DNA of 47,502 nucleotides, taken from positions 1 to 47,502 of the forward strand of contig CADAQS010000005.1 of NCBI GenBank assembly GCA_902790115.1. Direction: 5' to 3'. Position 1 is the first letter of the stretch. Every line of letters starts with the position of its first letter. The notes beneath the pieces were generated by a model. That model was not told the DNA's origin and ran no database searches. It saw only the letters and a program-made list of their open reading frames with translations. Source of the DNA: an uncultured Eubacteriales bacterium (GTDB lineage: Bacteria > Bacillota > Clostridia > Christensenellales > CAG-138). This document shows positions 14,738 through 21,453 of the stretch, in pieces. Made by a program: the position numbers and the translations under genes.

Positions 14738-15886
14738 TTACAGATTCAGACGCTCCATTTTGGCGAGCGCAAGGATCGCATCGGTCGTTTGCCACACCTC
14801 GTCTTCCGTCGTGGCGGGGGAGAAGCTGAACCGCACCGTGCCGTGCGGATAGGTGCCGAGTGTTTTGTGCGCTTCGGGCGCGCAGTGCAGTCCGCAGCGC
14901 GTCAGAATCCCGTACTGCTGTTCGAGCACATATGAGACCTCGGCGTTGTCGAGCCGCAGAAAGTCCACCGAGAACACGCCGACGCGCCGCATCGGATCGC
15001 GCGGGCCGGGGATACGGATGTGTTCCGCGCCTGCGAGTGCTTCGGTAAACTGCCGGATCAGCGTGAGCTCATGCTTCCGCGCCGCAGCGGGATCATAATG
15101 CTCCAATGCGGCGGACAGACCGTAGATGCCGGGCAGGTTCAGCGTGCCGGCCTCGAACCGGTCGGGCAGAAACGGAGGCATGCGGTCGCTGTGCGACTGC
15201 GAACCGGTTCCCCCGAAGACCGTCGGTCGAAGCGCATCGGCAAACGCTTCGCTCATCAGCAGCATGCCGAGTCCCTGCGGGCCGCGCAAACCTTTGTGCG
15301 CGGGCATGCAGAGCGCGGCAATGTGCCGCTGCTCCATATCAAGCGAAAGGTGCCCAGCGCTCTGCGCAGCATCGACGATCAAAGGCACATCATGCCGCTG
15401 CAGCAGCTCTGACAGCGCGGCAAGATCCAGAATCGTGCCCGACACGTTCGACGCATGTGTGCAGACGCAAAGGCGCACACTGTCCCAATCACAGTCCAGA
15501 AGATCCGGGCGTATCTGTCCGTCGGGATCGGACGGGATCCGGATCAGCCGGCAGCCGAGCGCGGTCAGCGGACGGAGCACGGCGTTGTGCTCCATTGCGG
15601 AAATCAGAACCGTGTCGCCGGGATGGAGCGAGCCGAAGATCGCCATGTTCAGCGCGGCGGTGTTGCCGCCGGTAAAGATCACGCGGCGCGCGTCGGCACA
15701 GCCGAAGGCCTTTGCGAGCGATTCGCGCACGTTCAGAACCGTCATGCCCGCGTCGGTGCAGCGTCCGTAGGAGCCGCGGCCGATGTTCGCGCCGACAGCG
15801 TCGAGGTAGCGCTTCATCGCGTCGGAAACGCCGGGCGCCTTCGGAAACGACGTTGCGGCATTGTCCATGTAAATTTCCCGTAACAT
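14738..15886 (-). CDS. Class-V aminotransferase / cysteine desulfurase (selenocysteine lyase-like) family protein
   Basis: 382 aa. Starts [23 protein letters not shown]-Lys region is [14 protein letters not shown], followed by [10 protein letters not shown] near the C-terminus. An alternative start lies at Met7 (15868). Confidence 0.75.
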   Translation of the reverse strand: MLREIYMDNAATSFPKAPGVSDAMKRYLDAVGANIGRGSYGRCTDAGMTVLNVRESLAKAFGCADARRVIFTGGNTAALNMAIFGSLHPGDTVLISAMEHNAVLRPLTALGCRLIRIPSDPDGQIRPDLLDCDWDSVRLCVCTHASNVSGTILDLAALSELLQRHDVPLIVDAAQSAGHLSLDMEQRHIAALCMPAHKGLRGPQGLGMLLMSEAFADALRPTVFGGTGSQSHSDRMPPFLPDRFEAGTLNLPGIYGLSAALEHYDPAAARKHELTLIRQFTEALAGAEHIRIPGPRDPMRRVGVFSVDFLRLDNAEVSYVLEQQYGILTRCGLHCAPEAHKTLGTYPHGTVRFSFSPATTEDEVWQTTDAILALAKMERLNL

Positions 15887-15903
15887 AAAATCGTGATCCT
15901 CTC

Positions 15904-15932
15904 TTGCAAATAACGACCTTTTGTGATATTAT
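15904..15932 (+). promoter_or_regulatory. Sigma-A-type promoter TTGCAA-17-TGaTATTAT for yedE
   Basis: TTGCAA at 15904-15909 and TGA TATTAT at 15924-15932. Confidence 0.6.
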
Positions 15933-15942
15933 ATCATCGTTA

Positions 15943-15966
15943 CGTTATCCTTGCAAGCGGATAACG
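15943..15966 (+). promoter_or_regulatory. Perfect 8-bp inverted repeat in the yedE 5' leader (CGTTATCC-N8-GGATAACG)
   Basis: Read directly. The spacer TTGCAAGC, together with ATAACG, echoes the TTGCAAATAACG of the -35 region (15904-15915). Confidence 0.45.
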
Positions 15967-15982
15967 GGAAAGGAAAAGGAAA

Positions 15983-17059
15983 ATGGAGAAAAAGCAAAGC
16001 AGTTTTTGGAAGGAAAACTGGCTCGTGATCGTGACCGGTCTGGTCATCGGCGCCGCAGCGGTCGCGCTGAGCGCACTTGGCAACCCGGCCAACATGGGCT
16101 TTTGCATTGCATGCTTTGAACGCGACATCGCCGGCGCTCTGAAATTCCATCAGGCGGGTGTCGTACAGTACTTCCGTCCGGAGATCGTCGGCATCGTGCT
16201 CGGCGCGATGTGCATGGCGATGGTCAAGAAGGAATGGAGAGCGCAGGGCGGTTCCTCGCCGATCACGCGGTTTTTGATCGGCATGCTGGTCATGATCGGC
16301 GCGCTCGTGTTCCTCGGCTGCCCGCTGCGTATGGTCATCCGCATCGGCGGCGGCGACCTGAACGCGGTTGTCGGTCTGGTCGGCTTCATCGTCGGCATTG
16401 TGATCGGCACGTTCCCGCTGAAGAACGGCTTCACGCTGAACCGTGCCTACAAGCAGAACAAGGCGGAAGGACTGATCTTCCCGATTCTGCTCGCGGTGCT
16501 GTTTATCCTGTCGCTCGTCACGACGCTGTTTGCGCTGAGCACCGAAGGCCCGGGCAGCATGCGCGCTCCGTGGATCGCGGCGCTCTTGATCGCGCTCGTT
16601 GTCGGCGCGCTGTGCCAGCGTTCGCGCCTGTGCATGGCGGGCGGCATTCGTGACATCGTGCTGTTCAAGGACTTCCATCTGATTCTCGGCTTTGCCGCAG
16701 TCATCGTGGCTGTGCTGATCGGCAATTTGATCCTCGGCAAGTTCAAGCTCGGCTTTGCGGATCAGCCGGTCGCGCATTCGGATGCGGTGTTCAACTTCCT
16801 CGGCATGGTGCTGGTCGGTTGGGGCAGCGTTCTGCTCGGCGGCTGCCCGCTGCGTCAGCTCGTTCTGGCGGGCGAGGGCAACAGCGATTCGGCGATCACG
16901 GTGCTCGGTTTTCTGGCGGGCGCTGCGGTTTCGCACAACTTCGGCCTCGCTTCGAGCGCGAAGGGCATCGGCGCGGGTCCGGTGCTGTGGGTGCTGATCG
17001 CGGGATTTGTTTTCCTCGCGCTGATCTCGGTGGAAGGAAAAATCGCCCAAGACGCTTGA
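15983..17059 (+). CDS. yedE: YedE/YeeE-family membrane protein (putative selenium/sulfur-compound transporter)
   Basis: 358 aa polytopic protein. Duplicated Cys-containing segments (GFCIACFERD, FLGCPLRM, QRSRLCMAGGIRD, LLGGCPLRQ) are typical of YedE/YeeE. The SD is purine-rich (GGAAAGGAAAAGGAAA). Confidence 0.8.
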   Translation: MEKKQSSFWKENWLVIVTGLVIGAAAVALSALGNPANMGFCIACFERDIAGALKFHQAGVVQYFRPEIVGIVLGAMCMAMVKKEWRAQGGSSPITRFLIGMLVMIGALVFLGCPLRMVIRIGGGDLNAVVGLVGFIVGIVIGTFPLKNGFTLNRAYKQNKAEGLIFPILLAVLFILSLVTTLFALSTEGPGSMRAPWIAALLIALVVGALCQRSRLCMAGGIRDIVLFKDFHLILGFAAVIVAVLIGNLILGKFKLGFADQPVAHSDAVFNFLGMVLVGWGSVLLGGCPLRQLVLAGEGNSDSAITVLGFLAGAAVSHNFGLASSAKGIGAGPVLWVLIAGFVFLALISVEGKIAQDA

Positions 17060-17060
17060 G

Positions 17061-17180
17061 GTGCTCGCGGATCATATGACAGCCGTATACAACATTCAGC
17101 GATTTGCGGCGTCGCAGGGCTACACGGTCAAGGTGACCGAGACCGAAGACGGCGACTATGCGCTGAACCTGTCGAAATGA
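17061..17180 (+). pseudogene. C-terminal half of a TusA/SirA(YedF)-like domain lacking the CPxP cysteine half
   Basis: The frame is open only from 17025. It encodes ...KTLEVLADHMTAVYNIQRFAASQGYTVKVTETEDGDYALNLSK, matching the second half of TusA-like proteins. The first possible starts are GTG 17061 and ATG 17076. The stop overlaps the next ATG (ATGA). Confidence 0.4.
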
Positions 17181-17413
17181 CCTACGTTGCAACGTTCTAC
17201 ACGCATGCCGCGGCGATGCTGACGCACCGAACGATGACAAAAAACGGGATTGCGGCGCGGATGATGCCGGTCCCGCGGGAGCTGTCGTCGAGCTGCGGTA
17301 CCTGCGTGCGCTATGAAGCGCCGGATCCGTGCTACGCAATGCTCGACCGTGACGTCGAGCAGGTCGCCGAGGCGGCCGAAACCGGCTATGTGATCCGCAG
17401 GACGTATCAATGA
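17177..17413 (+). CDS. DUF3343 (putative Se/S carrier-like) protein
   Basis: 78 aa. The run FYTHAAAMLTHRTMTKNGIAARMMPVPRELSSSCGTCVRY fits the DUF3343 pattern, with its conserved P-x-P...CG motif. Confidence 0.7.
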   Translation: MTYVATFYTHAAAMLTHRTMTKNGIAARMMPVPRELSSSCGTCVRYEAPDPCYAMLDRDVEQVAEAAETGYVIRRTYQ

Positions 17414-17421
17414 CCAAAAAC

Positions 17422-17452
17422 AAAACGGAGACCTTAAACGGTCTCCGTTTTT
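17422..17452. terminator. Bidirectional intrinsic terminator
   Basis: AAAA-CGGAGACC-TTAAAC-GGTCTCCG-TTTTT between convergent genes. Confidence 0.85.
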
Positions 17453-17461
17453 AATCGGATC

Positions 17462-17902
17462 CTATCGCGTTCCGGTCGAGCCGAAGCCGCCGTCGCCGCG
17501 CTCGGTTTCGGGCAGAGAATCGACCTGCTCGAAATCCAGCTGCAGATACGGCATGACGACAAGCTGCGCGATACGGTCACCGTCATGGACGGTACGCGGC
17601 TCCTGAGAGTCGTTGTACAGCGCAACGATGTATTCGCCGCGGTAATCGGAATCGACAACGCCGACGCAGTTCGCAGGTCTTAGGCCTTGTCGGGAAGCGA
17701 GACCGCTGCGTGCAAAGCAGGCGGCGAAGTATCCGTCCGGAAGCGCGGCGGTGATGCCGGTGCCGATCCGTTCGGTCGTATGCGGCGCGATCACGACCGG
17801 TTCGGCAAGGCAGGCGTACAGGTCATAGCCGGCTGCGGCGGACGAGCCGCGGGTCGGGGTGCGCGCGTTTTCGCACAGTTTTTTCAGCGGAACTTTCAGC
17901 AT
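17462..17902 (-). CDS. dut: dUTP diphosphatase
   Basis: 146 aa. Motifs AAGYDLYA, GVVDSDYRGE and RGDGGFGSTG. GGAGGAA SD. Confidence 0.9.
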   Translation of the reverse strand: MLKVPLKKLCENARTPTRGSSAAAGYDLYACLAEPVVIAPHTTERIGTGITAALPDGYFAACFARSGLASRQGLRPANCVGVVDSDYRGEYIVALYNDSQEPRTVHDGDRIAQLVVMPYLQLDFEQVDSLPETERGDGGFGSTGTR

Positions 17903-17932
17903 ATCCGTTTCCTCCGGAAGGGACTTTTGGAC

Positions 17933-17961
17933 AGTATACCATGCCGCGGCGCGGTTTGCAA
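17933..17961 (-). promoter_or_regulatory. Promoter for dut (TTGCAA-17-TGgTATACT, minus strand)
   Basis: Reverse complement of 17933-17938 is TATACT, preceded by TGG. TTGCAA lies at 17956-17961. Confidence 0.65.
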
Positions 17962-17975
17962 GCCGGACGGAGAAC

Positions 17976-18011
17976 GGAAAAAGCAGCTTTTCCGATCGGA
18001 AAAACTGCTTT
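17976..18011 (-). terminator. Intrinsic terminator after ppa
   Basis: Minus strand reads AAAGCAG-T-TTTTCC-GATC-GGAAAA-G-CTGCTTT followed by TTCC/TTTTT context. Confidence 0.7.
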
Positions 18012-18014
18012 CGT

Positions 18015-18515
18015 TCAGTTCTGCTTTTGCGCTTCGCGGTAGCGCGCGCGGCACTGTTCGATGATTTGCAGCGCCTCCTTCTTGCCGCGGAACGGATAGG
18101 TCTTGACCGGAATGTTCTGCAAAACCTTGTAGTTTTGAAAAAAGTTTGTGATCTCCTTGAGCGTGAACGCCGGCAGGTCGGAAAGATCCTCGACGTTGTC
18201 GTAGCGCGGATCGCAGTCGACGACCGAGATCAGCTTGTAATCCTCCTTGCCGCCGTCGAGCATCGGCAAATATCCGAGCACGCGGGCGGGCACATAGCAG
18301 CCCGGAAAGGTCGGATCCTTGCAGATGACGAGGATGTCGAGCGGGTCGCCGTCGGGTGCGAGCGTATGCTCGATAATGCCGTACTCGGCGGGGTAGATCA
18401 TCGCGGAATACAGGACGCGGTCGAGCCGGATCCGTCCGGTCGTATGGTCGATCTCGTACTTGTTCTGCGAGTTCAGCGGGATCTCGATCAATGCGTCGAA
18501 GACGTTGTTTTTCAT
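18015..18515 (-). CDS. ppa: Family I inorganic pyrophosphatase
   Basis: 166 aa from MKNNVFDALIEIP, behind AGAGAGGTG SD. Motifs YEIDHTTG, YPAEYGII and DGDPLDILV. The track start at 18536 is trimmed. Confidence 0.9.
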   Translation of the reverse strand: MKNNVFDALIEIPLNSQNKYEIDHTTGRIRLDRVLYSAMIYPAEYGIIEHTLAPDGDPLDILVICKDPTFPGCYVPARVLGYLPMLDGGKEDYKLISVVDCDPRYDNVEDLSDLPAFTLKEITNFFQNYKVLQNIPVKTYPFRGKKEALQIIEQCRARYREAQKQN

Positions 18516-18564
18516 GGCAGACACCTCTCTTTGCACGGGAATCGTGTTCGCCTGAACACATTTC

Positions 18565-18594
18565 AGTGTAGCATGAAAAACGCGATACTGTCAA
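18565..18594 (-). promoter_or_regulatory. Promoter for ppa (TTGACA-18-TGcTACACT, minus strand)
   Basis: Reverse complement of 18589-18594 is TTGACA. Reverse complement of 18565-18570 is TACACT, preceded by TGC. Confidence 0.6.
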
Positions 18595-18598
18595 GCGC

Positions 18599-18757
18599 TC
18601 AGCGCCGGATGCGCCACAGCAGCAGCAGCGCCGTGCCGATCAGCCCGAACGAGACCGCCAGCACGATCCATGCCCATACGGGAACGACCGGGAGAAAAAC
18701 CGGAACAGCAGAAACCCTGTGATACGGCAGCAGCTGCCGAAAAGCGGAAGGAATCAT
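18599..18757 (-). CDS. Small (52 aa) single-pass membrane protein, hypothetical
   Basis: ATG 18757 lies 7 nt after a strong AAAGGAGG SD. One TM helix (VWAWIVLAVSFGLIGTALLLLW) is followed by the basic tail RIRR. The longer track ORF (to 18925) runs through the divergent promoter and is rejected. Confidence 0.45.
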   Translation of the reverse strand: MIPSAFRQLLPYHRVSAVPVFLPVVPVWAWIVLAVSFGLIGTALLLLWRIRR

Positions 18758-18820
18758 CGGACAAACCTCCTTTTGCTGTATGCAGCATACCGGACGAGCC
18801 TTAACGATACTTAAAACCGC

Positions 18821-18849
18821 TTGAAAAAGCGTGGAAAATGGCATACAAT
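18821..18849 (+). promoter_or_regulatory. Sigma-A-type promoter TTGAAA-17-TACAAT
   Basis: TTGAAA at 18821-18826 and TACAAT at 18844-18849. AGGGAGGG SD and ATG 18878 lie downstream. Confidence 0.65.
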
Positions 18850-18877
18850 GTAGAAAGATTATCAAGGGAGGGCGGAT

Positions 18878-19564
18878 ATGAATCTGATGGAATCGGCGGC
18901 GAAACAGACCGTCGAACTGTTTCAACGGCTTTTTTCCGCGCAGGAGGTGCCCGCGGACGCGTACTCGCGGATGAAGTGGCCGAAAATTCTGCCGTTAATG
19001 CGTTTTACCGTGGACCGCTATGCGGCAAAAGACTACGGTCACCTGATGGTGATGCAGACCAAAGCAATGGGCGGACTGATGCGGCTCGTGACCGTGTCGT
19101 TTACGCCGTCGGCAGGCGGCACGGTGCCGTATCTTCTGATCGACTGCATGGCGATGCGGCAAAAGCGCACGGTGTTTGTGGAGTATTACGACTGCACCGC
19201 GGGCGGCGCAACGGTGCCGTCACTCGACGCGCTGAAAAACGCGTATGCCGACGTCCCGGAATACGAAGAAAAACCGGCGTGGTATGTCGGCGAGCGCATG
19301 GGATGTTCTTTGATCAAGGGGGTGAGCGACGGCAGCGAAACGCGCCTTGTTTCGATGGTGCGTGATTCGGTCGAAGCGTATCTTTCCCTGTGCGCCGCAG
19401 CGCCGAAGGATCCGAACAACCTCTCAAAGCTCCGCGCCTTCCAAAACCGCATGATCACGGAGGGCAATCCGTCCTCCTCCACGATGGAACGCGTGCTCGG
19501 GAAAGCGGGCGCGGAGGCATTTTTCCGCACAGCGGTCATGCCGATTGGCGGAGGAACCGATTGA
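18878..19564 (+). CDS. Hypothetical protein resembling ferredoxin-dependent bilin reductases (FDBR-like)
   Basis: 228 aa. HLMVMQTKAMGGLMRLVTVSFTPSAGGTVPYLLIDCMAM is collinear with the PcyA core ([36 protein letters not shown]) as I recall it, and the Asp is conserved. The C-terminal NPSSSTMERVLGKAGAEAFFRTAVMP resembles the FDBR C-terminus. This is a by-eye comparison only. Confidence 0.4.
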   Translation: MNLMESAAKQTVELFQRLFSAQEVPADAYSRMKWPKILPLMRFTVDRYAAKDYGHLMVMQTKAMGGLMRLVTVSFTPSAGGTVPYLLIDCMAMRQKRTVFVEYYDCTAGGATVPSLDALKNAYADVPEYEEKPAWYVGERMGCSLIKGVSDGSETRLVSMVRDSVEAYLSLCAAAPKDPNNLSKLRAFQNRMITEGNPSSSTMERVLGKAGAEAFFRTAVMPIGGGTD

Positions 19565-19636
19565 CCGGGTCGTGAAACAATACTTCCCGAAGAACCGAAA
19601 AACCGATAACGCCGTGCCGGCACACCGGATTTTGGG

Positions 19637-19665
19637 TTGCAGCGCGTACCGGAACATGGTACAAT
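19637..19665 (+). promoter_or_regulatory. Sigma-A-type promoter TTGCAG-17-TGgTACAAT for the sulfatase gene
   Basis: TTGCAG at 19637-19642 and TGG TACAAT at 19657-19665. Confidence 0.6.
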
Positions 19666-19700
19666 CACAACATAAGAGAAAAACGGAGGAATAGACTTGC

Positions 19701-21215
19701 ATGAAAGTCGTTATGATCCTGGTAGACAGCGTAAACCGCCGGTTTCTGAACTGCTACGGCTCCAAAGAGCCTGCGTTCACACCGAACCTTGACCGCCTTG
19801 CCGCGCGCGGAACGGTCTTTGAGAACCATTGGTGCGGCTCATCGCCGTGCATGCCTGCCCGGCGCGACATCATGACCGGCCGGCTGAACTTTCTCGAAAA
19901 GCCCTGGGGCGGCATCGAGCCGTTCGATCAGCCGCTGCCCAAAATGCTGGCGACGGCGGGCGTGTTCAGCCATATCGTAACCGATCATTATCATTACATC
20001 CGGGTCGGCGGCGAGAATTATCTCAACGCGTTCACGACCTATGAGCTGATCCGCGGACAGGAAAAGGATCCCTGGAAGCTGCGTCCCGAGCATGCCAACC
20101 TCAAAAAGCCTGAAGCATACCGCGGAACGTTCTCCCCGGACCACGAGGACAACATGGCGGAGTTCACGGAGGAGCAGACCTATCCGACGCCGGTGACGAT
20201 GCAGCATGCCGCCGAATGGCTCGAGCAGAACGCCGACGCGGACAACCTGTTCCTGTGGACCGAGGGCTTCGATCCGCATGAGCCGTTCGACGTGCCGCAG
20301 GCGTATCTCGACCTGTATGCCGCGGAGGTGAAGGTCGATTCGAACGAGCCGAACTTCTGGCCGCCGTATGCGAAGAACACATTTACCGAGGAGGAGACGA
20401 AGCGGCTCCGCGTGCGCTACAAGGCACTGCTCTCGATGACCGACGCCTACATCGGCAGGATCTTCGACGTGCTCGACCGGCACGACATGTGGAAGGACAC
20501 GATGGTCGTGTTCACGACCGACCACGGCTATATGCTCGGCGAGCACGGCTACTGGTCCAAGAACTACATGCCCGCCTATAACGAAGTATTTCATCTGCCG
20601 CTGATCATCTGGCATCCCGAGGCGAAGATCCGCAGGTTTAACGGCCTCACGCAGAACATCGATCTGTACCCTACCATGCTGAACCTGTTCGGCGTCGACC
20701 CGAAGCTGCAGCGTCACCGCATCAGCGGAAAGAACCTGCTGCCGGCACTTATGGGCGAGACGGACAAGGTGCGCGACGAGATCATCTACGGCTATTTCGG
20801 AAAGAGCGTCAACTACTTCGACGGCCGGTACACCTACTTCCGCGCGGCGAAGGATCCGTCGAATCGCCCGCTGTATGTCTACACGGCGATGCCCGCGACT
20901 TCCGGCAAGTATTACGGCACGGATTCGGTTGAGAAGGAGAACTACAGCCGGATCGGATACGGCCATCTCGGCTACACGGATTATCCGGTGTTCCGGATTC
21001 CGGCGGACATCATCGGGATCACGTCGTCGTCCGGCGGTTTCGGACCGCGCAGTGAGGACAACGCCGAATCGCTCGTGTTCGATCTTGCAAGCGACTATGC
21101 GCAGGAGCATCCGCTCTCGGATGCTGCAATCGAAGCGCGCTGCGTCGAAGGCCTTATGCGCTGCATGCTGGCGCATCAGGCGCCGCAGGAACAGTTTGAA
21201 CGGCTCGGACTCTGA
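19701..21215 (+). CDS. Cys-type sulfatase (formylglycine-dependent), apparently cytoplasmic
   Basis: 504 aa. N-terminal MKVVMILVDSVN. Sulfatase signature SSPCMPARRDIMTGR (C-x-P-x-R). TTDHGYMLGEHG is present. No signal peptide is visible. Confidence 0.85.
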   Translation: MKVVMILVDSVNRRFLNCYGSKEPAFTPNLDRLAARGTVFENHWCGSSPCMPARRDIMTGRLNFLEKPWGGIEPFDQPLPKMLATAGVFSHIVTDHYHYIRVGGENYLNAFTTYELIRGQEKDPWKLRPEHANLKKPEAYRGTFSPDHEDNMAEFTEEQTYPTPVTMQHAAEWLEQNADADNLFLWTEGFDPHEPFDVPQAYLDLYAAEVKVDSNEPNFWPPYAKNTFTEEETKRLRVRYKALLSMTDAYIGRIFDVLDRHDMWKDTMVVFTTDHGYMLGEHGYWSKNYMPAYNEVFHLPLIIWHPEAKIRRFNGLTQNIDLYPTMLNLFGVDPKLQRHRISGKNLLPALMGETDKVRDEIIYGYFGKSVNYFDGRYTYFRAAKDPSNRPLYVYTAMPATSGKYYGTDSVEKENYSRIGYGHLGYTDYPVFRIPADIIGITSSSGGFGPRSEDNAESLVFDLASDYAQEHPLSDAAIEARCVEGLMRCMLAHQAPQEQFERLGL

Positions 21216-21264
21216 GCAAGGGGCATAGAACGAAGCAAAAACGATCCCCGGACTACGGGACGTA

Positions 21265-21291
21265 AGGACGCCGCAAAGGGCGTCCTTTTTT
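21265..21291 (+). terminator. Intrinsic terminator after the sulfatase gene
   Basis: GGACGCC-GCAAAG-GGCGTCC followed by TTTTTT. Confidence 0.8.
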
Positions 21292-21345
21292 GTGCGTGCA
21301 TCTACCCGGGACATCGAAAAGACCGTTTCAAATGCACGGGAAGAA

Positions 21346-21374
21346 TTGCATTTTTGCGCGGCGGATGCTATACT
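21346..21374 (+). promoter_or_regulatory. Sigma-A-type promoter TTGCAT-17-TGcTATACT for the amylosucrase gene
   Basis: TTGCAT at 21346-21351 and TGC TATACT at 21366-21374. Confidence 0.6.
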
Positions 21375-21453
21375 GATTCCGGTAGCTGCGATCACGCAGA
21401 ACGCGGGAACCGGGATTGCCCGGCACCGAACGAATGGAAGGGAGAAACCGGAA

